A stretch of 64,000 bases of DNA. Source: Thermomonas sp. GTDB lineage: Bacteria > Pseudomonadota > Gammaproteobacteria > Xanthomonadales > Xanthomonadaceae. A program made the translations under genes and the position numbers. This document shows, piece by piece, positions 8,175 through 17,794 of the stretch. Location of the stretch: positions 2,279-66,278 of the forward strand of contig NZ_JAQSDO010000005.1 in assembly GCF_029945965.1 (NCBI RefSeq). Direction: 5' to 3'. How positions within the stretch are numbered: position 1 is the first letter of the stretch; each line of letters begins with the position of its first letter. The notes below the pieces were generated by a model. It was not told the DNA's origin. It saw only the letters and a program-made list of their open reading frames with translations, and searched no databases.

Positions 8175-10437
8175 GGCTGGCCTCCTTCGCGCTTTGATCG
8201 CCTGAGATGCGGGTGAGGTTGGCCAAAATCGACTGCCAGGCAAGTTCGGCAGGGTGGGTGTCGGCTTCGATCACCTGTAACTGGCCCGCTGCCAGCCTGC
8301 GCGCCAATGAGTCTAGGTCGTCGTTGGCTACGCGCAGGCCACGACGGTTCAGGATCAGGGCATGTCCGCTGCGCTGGCTGACCCATGCCAGTCGGCGGCG
8401 GACCGCGCGTTCCTCGGCAGGGTCGTTGATGTCCAGCCAACAGGCCGAACTCAGGCCTGCCAGCGTCGCATATGCCTCCTCTTCCCATTTAGTGCGTGGA
8501 GGGGATGCGGCCTTCTGTGGGGCATCGTCTCCACCCAGACGCGCGCGCGCCTTGAGCTGGTGGATGAGCTCGGTACGGGACGCCAGGTCGTCATCCTCGG
8601 CGCGCCCATTCGCCAGCTGGCACGCAATCGCGCTGGCGTCCTCCGCGTGATAGCCCACTTGCCCCAGCACCTCCTGCAGGCGCTTCACGAACGCCGCATC
8701 GATTGTCCTGGGGCCAGCCGTGGTACCGGCTTCCACGATGGCGGCGGTGGCATCACTCAATTCGCGCCAGGTCTCCGAGTCCTCGCCACTGCGCAGAAGC
8801 GTCAGCGACAACACGTCCGTCCAAGCCTGGTCGAGCAGCACGGCATGGAAACGCGGAAGCGGGCGGCCGGCAACCAGGCGGGTGATTTCATTTGCGGCGC
8901 GTTGCCGCGCGAGGTTCAGCTTTTCGCGCCCCCGCGCAGCCTCGACCTGCCGCCGTTCGGCCATTTCATTCTTGCGCGCGGCCGCCAGCAGGCCGCCCTG
9001 CAAGGCATGGTTGGCGGTGACGAAGGTGTCGTGGGCGGCCTCGGGGTCTTCCTGCACCGTGGCCACTGCGCGTTGCAGCAACCCCAGCCATTGCGCATCC
9101 ATGTCGTCGTCGCCCAGCCACTGCGCACCGGCCAGCGACACCGCGTCCAGCAGCATGCGGGCGGGGTGGGTGGCATCCACGAAGAACCTGTGCTCACGCA
9201 GGCCCAACTGCACAAGCGGGAGTTTCAGGCGTTCGATCAGCGCGTTGCCCGGGCCCTCGCGCATCTCGCGCTGCAGCTGGGCCATGAACAAGTTGAACAA
9301 TTCGAAGCTGTCGCTGTCGGCATCGGTCAGCGCGACCCCATGCCCGTGCATCTGGCGTGCCTGTGCCAGCAATGTCTGCCGGATCTCGGTCAGGCTGCCA
9401 GGCTTTGCACCGTTGCTTCGCATGCGGCGCAACGCGTCCAGCACTTCATCGCGAGCAAGCGGCTCACGCACGCGCTCATCGTTGCCACCCGGGCGGAGTT
9501 TCGCCAGCAGTACGCGCCGACGCGCCAGCAGATCCTGCAGGACGGCGAAGGCATCCATGGGTGGTTTGGCGCTTCCAGCGGCCGTTGGTGCCTGGGTAGC
9601 CCCTTGGGGACTTTTCTGGAACGCCGTTGTCGGCATTGCCTTGCCAGCGCCGGAGCCGGTTGGCAATACAGGGCCGCCGGATTGGTCCACCGCACGCGAG
9701 GCCTCTGCAGACGCATCGGTGACCGGGCGCATGCGCACCGGTACAAAGCTGAGATACGGGAGGATGCCATCCTCTGCCAAGTGCGCATTGAGCGTATCCA
9801 GCAGTGCCGGGAAATGCGGCATCACGACTTTCTCGAACTGCTTGTACAACAGCAGGCGCACGTCGGCAGTCAGTTCTGCTGCATGGGCGGCATTGCGCAG
9901 CGCATGGCACAACGCATGCGGGCCAAGCGGGAGGTGTTCCGCGTCGAAGGCGGGGGCGCCCGCCAGCACGCCGTAGCGGTAGCCCATCAGTTGCAGCGCA
10001 AGGCTGTTGCGGGAGTCACTGCGCAACGCGATGTTGGCCAGCACGCCGCCTTCGTTGGTTTCGGAATCGTCGACCAGGGACAGCCCTTGGCTGGGTGCGG
10101 TCACGTCCTCAAGCCGGCGTGAGTCTCGGGGTGCGTGGAGGTTGGCGAGGCCCGCTTCAAGCTCCTGCAGGAAGCGTGCGATCAAGCCGGCTTCGGCCAT
10201 GCGCAGAATTCGTGCGGATTCCAATGCCGCCACCTGCAGTTTCGGCAAGGAGGACTGTTCGCGTTGGCGGCCCAGGTGCAGGTCGGTTTCCATCAGCACG
10301 ACCGGCAATTTGCGGTCGAGGTCGGAGAACGCCGTCTTCAACTGGTTTTCCAGCGCACGCCTGACGCGCGGCGTCAGGATGGCAGTGGCCAGCGTCCGTG
10401 GAGCAGTAGTCTGGTGATCGGTGCCGGCTGCAGCCAT
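8167..10437 (-). CDS. DUF1631 family protein
   Basis: About 756 aa, largely helical, with LPLGPHALC, RLKLPLVQL, FFVDATHPARMLLD and a C-terminal RRRLAWVS...LILNRRG, a pattern recalled from DUF1631 proteins. Confidence 0.75.
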   Translation of the reverse strand: MAAAGTDHQTTAPRTLATAILTPRVRRALENQLKTAFSDLDRKLPVVLMETDLHLGRQREQSSLPKLQVAALESARILRMAEAGLIARFLQELEAGLANLHAPRDSRRLEDVTAPSQGLSLVDDSETNEGGVLANIALRSDSRNSLALQLMGYRYGVLAGAPAFDAEHLPLGPHALCHALRNAAHAAELTADVRLLLYKQFEKVVMPHFPALLDTLNAHLAEDGILPYLSFVPVRMRPVTDASAEASRAVDQSGGPVLPTGSGAGKAMPTTAFQKSPQGATQAPTAAGSAKPPMDAFAVLQDLLARRRVLLAKLRPGGNDERVREPLARDEVLDALRRMRSNGAKPGSLTEIRQTLLAQARQMHGHGVALTDADSDSFELFNLFMAQLQREMREGPGNALIERLKLPLVQLGLREHRFFVDATHPARMLLDAVSLAGAQWLGDDDMDAQWLGLLQRAVATVQEDPEAAHDTFVTANHALQGGLLAAARKNEMAERRQVEAARGREKLNLARQRAANEITRLVAGRPLPRFHAVLLDQAWTDVLSLTLLRSGEDSETWRELSDATAAIVEAGTTAGPRTIDAAFVKRLQEVLGQVGYHAEDASAIACQLANGRAEDDDLASRTELIHQLKARARLGGDDAPQKAASPPRTKWEEEAYATLAGLSSACWLDINDPAEERAVRRRLAWVSQRSGHALILNRRGLRVANDDLDSLARRLAAGQLQVIEADTHPAELAWQSILANLTRISGDQSAKEASHG

Positions 10438-10508
10438 CAACGTCCCCTAACGCGTTGGCGAATCGACCCATGGTATGCGCGTCGACCTGTGACCTCAATG
10501 CACGGGTT

Positions 10509-11675
10509 TCAGGCCAGGAACAGGCCAATCACGTCATTGGCAAAACGGCGGCCGAGTTCGGTGGGGCGCAGCCATGCTTCATCCACCTCCAGCAGGCCGC
10601 GTTCGCGCGCTATTTCCAGCGTGCCTGCGATGGCGGCTCGTGGCAGGCCAGTGCGCGCTTCGAACATCGTCAGCGGCACGCCCTCGTTCAGGCGCAACGC
10701 ATTGAGCATAAAGTCGAATGGCAGGCGGGACTCACTCAGGAATTCATCACCACCGATGCCTGCCGCGCTGCCAGCATTGGCCAGGTAGGCGGCTGGATGC
10801 TTGAGCTTCCAGCGGCGCAGGACTTGCTGGCTGGCACCGAGTGTGAGCTTGCCGTGGGCGCCAGCGCCGATCCCGAGGTAATCGCCGAATCGCCAGTAAT
10901 TGAGGTTGTGCGTGCATTGGCGGTCTGGCTTTGCGTAGGCACTGGTTTCGTATTGCGCGTAGCCGGCATCCGCCAGCCGCGCCTGGCATTGTTCCTGCAT
11001 GTCCCAGGCGTCGTCGTCGTCCGGGATGCCACTTGGTGGGCGTGACGCGAACACAGTGTTCGGCTCCAGGGTCAGCTGGTAATGACTGAAATGAGTCGGA
11101 GCCAGCGCAATGCCGCGTTCGACATCGTCCAGCGCCATCGCCAGGGTCTGCCCGGGCAGGGCGTACATCAGGTCGATGTTGAGGTTGTCCAGGCCGGCAT
11201 CCTGCGCGGCCTTGACTGCTCGCTGCGCATCGTCGCTGGAATGGATGCGGCCGAGGCGTTGCAGGCACCCATCATCGAAACTCTGCACGCCGAAACTCAG
11301 CCGGTTCACGCCAGCGGCGCGATAGCCCGTGAACGGGCCGTGCTCGACTGTGCCGGGATTGGTTTCCAAGGTGATTTCCGCATTCGGGGCAAAGCGCAGG
11401 CGACTACTGGCTTGTTGCAGGAAGCGGTCGATGGCGTCCGGCGGAAACAGCGACGGCGTGCCGCCACCGAAAAACACGGTCTGCACTGTGCGTCCCCACA
11501 CCAGCGGCAGATCGTGGTCGAGGTCGGCGATCAGTGCATCGACATAGGCATCGAACGGTAGCGCGCCACGTCCACCTTCGCCCTTGAACTCATGCGAGTT
11601 GAAGTCGCAATAGGGGCATTTGCGCACGCACCAGGGCAGGTGGACGTAGAGGGACAGAGGAGGGGTGCTAAGCAT
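10509..11675 (-). CDS. hemW: Radical SAM heme chaperone HemW (YggW)
   Basis: LYVHLPWCVRKCPYCDFNS (CxxxCxxC), FFGGGTPS and HNLNYWRFGDYLGIGAGAH; downstream of rdgB. Confidence 0.95.
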   Translation of the reverse strand: MLSTPPLSLYVHLPWCVRKCPYCDFNSHEFKGEGGRGALPFDAYVDALIADLDHDLPLVWGRTVQTVFFGGGTPSLFPPDAIDRFLQQASSRLRFAPNAEITLETNPGTVEHGPFTGYRAAGVNRLSFGVQSFDDGCLQRLGRIHSSDDAQRAVKAAQDAGLDNLNIDLMYALPGQTLAMALDDVERGIALAPTHFSHYQLTLEPNTVFASRPPSGIPDDDDAWDMQEQCQARLADAGYAQYETSAYAKPDRQCTHNLNYWRFGDYLGIGAGAHGKLTLGASQQVLRRWKLKHPAAYLANAGSAAGIGGDEFLSESRLPFDFMLNALRLNEGVPLTMFEARTGLPRAAIAGTLEIARERGLLEVDEAWLRPTELGRRFANDVIGLFLA

Positions 11676-11684
11676 GGCGACTAT

Positions 11685-11771
11685 TGTAGGAGCGCCCTTC
11701 AGGGCGCGAAATGGGACTCGGCGAATTGTTGGTCGCGCCTTGGAGATCGCGCCCTGAAGGGCGCTCCTACA
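11685..11771. repeat. GTAG-family REP doublet (REPIN-like)
   Basis: Perfect 25-bp inverted repeats TGTAGGAGCGCCCTTCAGGGCGCGA (11685-11709) and its reverse complement (11747-11771). Each has a GTAG end and an internal GCGCCCT-TC-AGGGCGC palindrome; spacer 37 bp. Confidence 0.9.
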
Positions 11772-12357
11772 TGAGCTCCGTGATGTGCTTCTTCAATTGC
11801 GCCAGTGCGATGCCACGATGGCTGTCGCGGTTCTTCACAACAGCATCGAGTTCTGCAGCGCTGCAGTCATGCGCGGGCGAGAAAAATACCGGGTCGTAAC
11901 CGAAGCCATTGGTACCGTGGCGCGAATGCAGGATGCAACCTTCCCATACGCCTTCAGCGATCAGCGGTTGCGGGTCGTTTGCAGTGCGAACAAGCGCGAG
12001 CACGCAAACGAAGCGTGCAGCCCGGCGGGCGTCGTCGATGCCATCCAGTTCGCGCAGCAGTTTGTCGATATTGGCTTCGGCATCGCTGTGGCTGCCGGCA
12101 TAGCGCGCTGAGTACAGGCCAGGTGCGCCCTCCAGTGCATCGACACACAGGCCGGAGTCGTCGCCCAGTGCAGGCAGGCCGGTTGCCTGTGCAGCATGGC
12201 GTGCCTTCAGGATCGCGTTCTCGACGAAACTCAGCCCGGTTTCATCGGCGTCGCCGATGCCGAACTCGGATTGTGCTTGCAGCTCATATGCATCGCCGAG
12301 CAAGTCGCGCAACTCGGCAAGCTTGCCGACATTGCTGCTGGCAAGGACCAGCTTCAC
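11767..12357 (-). CDS. rdgB: Non-canonical purine NTP pyrophosphatase (dITP/XTP)
   Basis: [35 protein letters not shown] and SHRG (Ham1 family). Confidence 0.96.
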   Translation of the reverse strand: MKLVLASSNVGKLAELRDLLGDAYELQAQSEFGIGDADETGLSFVENAILKARHAAQATGLPALGDDSGLCVDALEGAPGLYSARYAGSHSDAEANIDKLLRELDGIDDARRAARFVCVLALVRTANDPQPLIAEGVWEGCILHSRHGTNGFGYDPVFFSPAHDCSAAELDAVVKNRDSHRGIALAQLKKHITELM

Positions 12358-13082
12358 GCTTGCGCCAGTGCCGCCAGTTGTGCAGCGAACAGATCGCGGC
12401 AGCCGCCTTCGGCCAGCACCAGCAGCGCATCCAGTTCATCGCGCCGGAACGCATGGCCTTCGGCGGTACCCTGGACTTCAATGAAGCCGCCACCGTCGTT
12501 CATCACCACGTTCATGTCGGTGTCGCAGTCACTGTCCTCGGCATAGTCGAGATCGAGCACCGGCACGCCGCGATAGATGCCAACCGAAATCGCCGCGATC
12601 GCGCCGATCACCGGATTCTTGCTGATGTCCTTGCGCGCCTGCAGCCAGCGCACCGCATCGACCAGCGCCACATAGGCACCGGTGATCGCGGCCGTACGCG
12701 TACCGCCATCGGCCTGCAGCACGTCGCAGTCCAGGGTGATCGTGCGCTCGCCAAGCGCCTTGCGATCCACGCAGGCACGCAGCGAACGGCCGATCAAGCG
12801 CTGGATTTCCAGCGTGCGCCCGCCCTGCTTGCCGCGTGAGGCCTCGCGATCGTTGCGGGTATTGGTGGCGCGCGGCAGCATGCCGTATTCAGCAGTGACC
12901 CAGCCTTCGCCCTTGCCGCGCAGGAAGCCGGGCACCCGGTTCTCCACGCTTGCCGTGCACAGCACACGGGTGTCGCCGAAAGCGACCAGCACCGAGCCCT
13001 CTGCGTGGCGGGTAAAACCACGCGTGATCACCACATCGCGCAATTGATCGTTGGCGCGGCCACTGGGGCGGGAGATAGTCAT
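12354..13082 (-). CDS. rph: Ribonuclease PH
   Basis: [37 protein letters not shown] and [11 protein letters not shown]. Confidence 0.97.
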   Translation of the reverse strand: MTISRPSGRANDQLRDVVITRGFTRHAEGSVLVAFGDTRVLCTASVENRVPGFLRGKGEGWVTAEYGMLPRATNTRNDREASRGKQGGRTLEIQRLIGRSLRACVDRKALGERTITLDCDVLQADGGTRTAAITGAYVALVDAVRWLQARKDISKNPVIGAIAAISVGIYRGVPVLDLDYAEDSDCDTDMNVVMNDGGGFIEVQGTAEGHAFRRDELDALLVLAEGGCRDLFAAQLAALAQA

Positions 13083-13163
13083 TCAAGCCTTCCGGACATG
13101 TTGCCGGCAATCGGCGGGGCGCTAGATTACCATTCGCATTCCACTGTCCTGGCCACACCATTG

Positions 13164-14027
13164 ATGCCGATCCGCAGCATGACCGCCTTCGCCTCCGGCG
13201 AACGCGCAACCGAATGGGGCATGCTCGGCTGCGAAATGCGCGCGGTCAACCATCGTTTCCTGGAACTCGGCCTGCGCGTACCCGACGAGTTGCGCGTGTT
13301 CGAACCGCTGTTGCGCGAACGGGTGGCAGCACGAGTCTCGCGTGGCAAGCTCGATCTCGTAATGCGCCTGCGTAGCCAAGGCGAGGGCAATGCATTGCAG
13401 GTCGACGAGGATGTGGTCGAGCAGCTCGGCAGCCTTGCCCAGCGCCTGGGCACCCGCTTCCCGCAATTGCGCGTGCAGTTCACCGAGCTGCTGCAGTTCC
13501 CCGGCGTGCTGCAATCGCGCGGTGTCGATGCCGAAGCCCTGCAGCGTGAGGCATTGGCTTTGGTCGATGCGGTGCTGGACGACTTCATCGCCGCGCGTGA
13601 ACGTGAAGGCCGGAAGCTCGCCGTGGTGATCGGCGAACGTGCCGAAGCAATCGCCGGCATCGCCGCAGAGGTGCGCACCCTGGTGCCGCAGATCCGTGCC
13701 GGCCAGCGGCTGAAACTGGAAACACGACTGGCGGATCTGTCGCAGCCGGCAGACCCAGGTAGGCTGGAGCAGGAATTGGTGATCTGGCTGCAGAAGCTCG
13801 ACGTGGATGAAGAACTTGATCGCCTTGACAGCCACCTGTCGGAACTGCGCCGCGTGCTGAAACAGTCTGAACCGGTTGGCCGGCGCCTGGATTTCCTGTT
13901 GCAGGAGTTCAATCGCGAAGCCAATACACTCGGCAGCAAGTCGGTCGATGCGCGCACCAGCAACGCTGCGGTCGAGCTGAAGGTGCTGATCGACCAGATT
14001 CGCGAACAGATCCAGAACATTGAGTAG
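13164..14027 (+). CDS. yicC: YicC/YloC family endoribonuclease
   Basis: IRSMTAF, VNHRFLEL, DVDEELDRL and GRRLDFLLQEFNREANTLGSK; divergent from rph. Confidence 0.95.
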   Translation: MPIRSMTAFASGERATEWGMLGCEMRAVNHRFLELGLRVPDELRVFEPLLRERVAARVSRGKLDLVMRLRSQGEGNALQVDEDVVEQLGSLAQRLGTRFPQLRVQFTELLQFPGVLQSRGVDAEALQREALALVDAVLDDFIAAREREGRKLAVVIGERAEAIAGIAAEVRTLVPQIRAGQRLKLETRLADLSQPADPGRLEQELVIWLQKLDVDEELDRLDSHLSELRRVLKQSEPVGRRLDFLLQEFNREANTLGSKSVDARTSNAAVELKVLIDQIREQIQNIE

Positions 14028-14045
14028 CAGGAACATCGACTAGCC

Positions 14046-14672
14046 ATGCGCGGAACCCTCTACATCGTCGCGGCACCCTCGGGCGCGGGAAAATCCAGCA
14101 TCGTCAACGCGGTGCTGGCGCGCGACCGCAACATCAGCCTGTCGATCTCGTTCACCTCGCGCCAGCCGCGTCCGGGTGAGCGCCATGCGGAGCACTACAA
14201 CTTCATCAGTGCCATCGAATTCGAGGCGATGGTCGAGGCGGGCGACTTCTTCGAGCATGCCAAGGTGCACGGCGACTGGAAGGGCACCGCGCGGCAATCG
14301 GTGGATCCGCAGCTTTCGGCCGGTCGCGACGTGTTGCTGGAAATTGATTGGCAAGGCGCGCGACAAGTGCGTGCACGTGTGCCCGGCGTGGTCAGTGTGT
14401 TCATCCTGCCACCCTCGCGCGCGGCGCTGGAGGAGCGCATGCGCAAGCGGGGTCAGGACAGCGAGGCGGTGATCACGCGGCGGCTGGCAGCTGCACGTGA
14501 GGAGATGAGCCATTATGGCGAATTCGATTACGTGATCATCAACGAAATCTTCGACACAGCGGTTGGCGAGATGTGCAGCATTTTCGGTGCCAGCCGGCTG
14601 CGCAAGGATCCGCAGGTGGCGCGGCATGCGCGCCTGATCAGCTCATTGCTGGCGGATGATGGTAATTCCTGA
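14046..14672 (+). CDS. gmk: Guanylate kinase
   Basis: AAPSGAGKSS P-loop, SFTSRQPRPGE and LLEIDWQGARQV. Confidence 0.97.
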   Translation: MRGTLYIVAAPSGAGKSSIVNAVLARDRNISLSISFTSRQPRPGERHAEHYNFISAIEFEAMVEAGDFFEHAKVHGDWKGTARQSVDPQLSAGRDVLLEIDWQGARQVRARVPGVVSVFILPPSRAALEERMRKRGQDSEAVITRRLAAAREEMSHYGEFDYVIINEIFDTAVGEMCSIFGASRLRKDPQVARHARLISSLLADDGNS

Positions 14673-14703
14673 AACCTAAGTGACTGATTCTCAAGGCGTC
14701 ACC

Positions 14704-14732
14704 TTGCGTGGCGGGATGGCTGCAGCTACAAT
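14704..14732 (+). promoter_or_regulatory. Sigma70 promoter of rpoZ
   Basis: TTGCGT-N17-TACAAT followed by a GC-rich discriminator, about 50 nt upstream of rpoZ. Confidence 0.6.
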
Positions 14733-14780
14733 TCCGCCCCTTCTGATCACTTCAAGCGGCCGCCCGGTCGTAGGACACAC

Positions 14781-15080
14781 ATGGCCCGTATTACCGTCGA
14801 AGATTGTCTGGAAGTGGTCGACAACCGCTTTGAACTCGTGATGATGGCCGCCAAGCGCGCGCGCCAGCTGGCCGGTGGCGTGGAGTCCAAGCTGGACAAC
14901 AGCGAAGCCAACGACAAGCCAACCGTGCTCGCCCTGCGCGAAATCGCCGCGCGCGCGATCGATACCGGTTACATCGACGCAGTCGAGAAGGCCGAGCGCG
15001 CACGCAAGGAGCGCGAGGCGCTGGAGTGGGCTGCGGCCGAAGTGGTATCCGGCGATGACGACATGAAGAGCGACGACTGA
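14781..15080 (+). CDS. rpoZ: RNA polymerase omega subunit
   Basis: [30 protein letters not shown] and [12 protein letters not shown]. Confidence 0.98.
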   Translation: MARITVEDCLEVVDNRFELVMMAAKRARQLAGGVESKLDNSEANDKPTVLALREIAARAIDTGYIDAVEKAERARKEREALEWAAAEVVSGDDDMKSDD

Positions 15081-15102
15081 TCCCGCGTCGGCATCATGTT
15101 TG

Positions 15103-15130
15103 AAACGGCCCTGCGGGGCCGTTTTCGTTT
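15103..15130 (+). terminator. Intrinsic terminator-like hairpin between rpoZ and spoT
   Basis: AAACGGCCC-TGCG-GGGCCGTTT followed by TCGTTT. Confidence 0.7.
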
Positions 15131-15181
15131 CAGTCATATTTGTGTTTGCGGGCACGCAACGGCGCGGTTAGGCTCGACGGC

Positions 15182-17365
15182 ATGAGTCCCGCTGATCCCG
15201 CGCCAGTCCTGCCGTCTGATGCCATGCCCGATGACGGCATGGTGCCGGACTACGTGCAGGCACTGGAGCGGGCGGCCGACTACCTGCCGGAACCGCAGCA
15301 CGTGTTGTTGCGGCGGGCATGGGCGGTGGGTGCGGCAGCGCACGTGGGGCAGCTACGCAAGTCCGGTGAGCCCTACATCACTCATCCCGTGGCGGTAGCG
15401 CAGGTGCTGGCCGACCAGGGTCTCGACGTGGAAACCCTGATCGCGGCGATCCTGCACGACACCATCGAGGACACGCCGCTGACGCGCGCGGACATCGCCG
15501 CGCAGTTCGGCGAGACCGTGGCCGATCTGGTGGACGGGGTCACCAAACTGGACAAGCTGCACTTCGCCGATCGCCAGGAAGCGGCGGCGGAGAGTTTCCG
15601 CAAGATGCTGCTGGCGATGTCGCGCGACTTGCGGGTGATCCTGATCAAGCTGGCCGATCGCCTGCACAACATGCGCACGCTCGGCGCGCAATCGGCGGAG
15701 GCGCGTCGGCGCATCGCCATCGAGACATTGGAGATCTTTGCGCCGATCGCGCAGCGGCTGGGCATGAACCTGATCAAGGCCGAGCTGCAGGACCTCGGGT
15801 TCCGCGCGCTGCACCCCTGGCGGCATGCGGTGATCGAAAAGCGCATCCGTTCGCAGCCGCTGGTTCGCCGCGAGGCGCTGGCCCAGATCGAGGCGCAGTT
15901 GGCACAGCGGCTTGCAGTGGAGAAGCTCGAGCACCGGCTGATCGGGCGGATCAAGACGCCCTGGAGCATCTACGACAAGATGCGCGCCGAACACCGCAGC
16001 TTCGACCAGGTCATGGACATGTTCGGCTATCGGGTGATCGTCGACAGCGTGCCGGACTGCTACCACGCGTTGGGCGTGGTGCACTCGGTATTCAAGCCGC
16101 TGGATGCGCGCTTCCGCGATTTCATCGCCATTCCAAAGGCCAACGGTTACCAGTCTCTGCACACGGTGTTGTTCGGGCCGTATGGCTCGCCGATCGAGGT
16201 GCAGATCCGCACCCGCGAGATGGACCTGGTGGCCGAACGCGGCGTGGCTGCGCACTGGGCCTACAAGCATGGTGGCGAATCCGGCAGCAATGCGCAGAGC
16301 CGGGCGTCCGCGTGGATTGCCAACCTTGTCGAGAGCCAGCGCAGCACGGGATCGTCGTTGGAGTTCCTGGAGAACGTCAAGGTCGACCTGTTCCCGTACG
16401 AGGTCTACCTGTTCACGCCAAAGGGCGACATTCTCGCCTTGCCGCGCAATGCGACGGCGCTGGATTTCGCCTATGCGGTGCATACCGATGTCGGCAACCA
16501 TGCGGTCGCCGCGCGGGTGGACAAGAAGCTGGCGCCGCTGCGCACGACCTTGAGCAGCGGACAGACGGTCGAGGTAATCACCGCGAAGTCTGCTTCGCCG
16601 GCGGCGCAATGGCTGGAGTTCGTGGTGTCGGGCAAGGCACGCACCGCGATCCGCCACCAACTCAAGCACCTTGATCATGAGGATGCAGTCCAGCTTGGGC
16701 ACCGGATGCTGGATCGCGCGCTCGGCAACCAGGGCACATCGCTCGACCGCCTGCCGCCGGAACGATTGGATACTTATCTGGCGGAGAACCGCTTCCCCCG
16801 CCTCGAAGAGCTGCTGGCGGACATTGCACTTGGCAACCGTATGCCCGTGCAGGTCGCGCGGGTGTTGGCACATGTCGCCACGGAAGAGACGGCTGACATG
16901 CTGCAGCTGGGTGGTGGCGCACCACAGGAGCGCATCCTGATCACCGGTGCCGAGCGCGGCGTCATTTCGTTTGCAAAGTGCTGCATGCCGATTCCGGGCG
17001 ACGAGATCATGGGCTACCACAGTGCCGGCAAGGGCATTGTCGTCCACCGGCTGGAATGCCCGAACGTGGCCGAGTACCGCAAATCACCGGAGCGCTGGGT
17101 GCAGATCGGCTGGGATCGCGAGGTTTCCGGCGGTTTCGATGCGGCGCTTCGGGTCGAGGTCGACAACCGCCCCGGTTCGCTGGCACAGATCGCCGCCGCG
17201 ATCGCGTATGCGGAATCGAACATCGATCGTGTCGAATACCTGGAGCGCGACAATAGCGTGGCTGCAATTCGCTTCTCGATCGAGGTGCAGGGTCGCAAGC
17301 ATCTTGCCGACGTGATCCGGCGGATCAGAAGGCTGGGCGTGGTGCATGGAGTGCAACGGTTGTAG
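15182..17365 (+). CDS. spoT: Bifunctional (p)ppGpp synthetase/hydrolase
   Basis: GEPYITHP, ILHDTIED (HD motif intact), IKLADRLHNMRTL, PKANGYQSLHT, plus TGS and C-terminal ACT domains. Confidence 0.96.
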   Translation: MSPADPAPVLPSDAMPDDGMVPDYVQALERAADYLPEPQHVLLRRAWAVGAAAHVGQLRKSGEPYITHPVAVAQVLADQGLDVETLIAAILHDTIEDTPLTRADIAAQFGETVADLVDGVTKLDKLHFADRQEAAAESFRKMLLAMSRDLRVILIKLADRLHNMRTLGAQSAEARRRIAIETLEIFAPIAQRLGMNLIKAELQDLGFRALHPWRHAVIEKRIRSQPLVRREALAQIEAQLAQRLAVEKLEHRLIGRIKTPWSIYDKMRAEHRSFDQVMDMFGYRVIVDSVPDCYHALGVVHSVFKPLDARFRDFIAIPKANGYQSLHTVLFGPYGSPIEVQIRTREMDLVAERGVAAHWAYKHGGESGSNAQSRASAWIANLVESQRSTGSSLEFLENVKVDLFPYEVYLFTPKGDILALPRNATALDFAYAVHTDVGNHAVAARVDKKLAPLRTTLSSGQTVEVITAKSASPAAQWLEFVVSGKARTAIRHQLKHLDHEDAVQLGHRMLDRALGNQGTSLDRLPPERLDTYLAENRFPRLEELLADIALGNRMPVQVARVLAHVATEETADMLQLGGGAPQERILITGAERGVISFAKCCMPIPGDEIMGYHSAGKGIVVHRLECPNVAEYRKSPERWVQIGWDREVSGGFDAALRVEVDNRPGSLAQIAAAIAYAESNIDRVEYLERDNSVAAIRFSIEVQGRKHLADVIRRIRRLGVVHGVQRL

Positions 17366-17406
17366 CGCCGTTACACTGGGCCACCGTTTCCATCCGTGAG
17401 CCTGCC

Positions 17407-17790
17407 ATGCCCCGCAATCCCATCCATACCGAACTGGCTCCCGCTGCGATCGGACCGTATTCGCAAGCCGTGCGTAGCGGCAACCTGGTCTTCCTGAGTG
17501 GACAGACCCCACTGGATCCCGCCACCGGGGTGCTGGTCGAGGGTGATATCAGCGTGCAGGCGCGCCGCGCGTTCGACAACATCAAGGCCGTTTGCGAAGC
17601 CGCGGGCGGTTCAATGGACGACATCGTCCGGGTAGGGCTGTACCTGACCGACCTCGGACAGTTCACCGCGGTCAATGCGGTGATGGCCGAGTACTTCCAG
17701 ACGCCATACCCGGCACGCTCCACCATCGAAGTTCCGGCGTTGCCGAAGGGCGCGGATTTCGAGGTGGATGCGGTACTCGTCCTGCCCTGA
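17407..17790 (+). CDS. RidA family reactive-intermediate deaminase
   Basis: APAAIGPYSQAV, FLSGQTPLDP and YPARSTIEVPALPKGA. Confidence 0.93.
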   Translation: MPRNPIHTELAPAAIGPYSQAVRSGNLVFLSGQTPLDPATGVLVEGDISVQARRAFDNIKAVCEAAGGSMDDIVRVGLYLTDLGQFTAVNAVMAEYFQTPYPARSTIEVPALPKGADFEVDAVLVLP

Positions 17791-17794
17791 GTTG

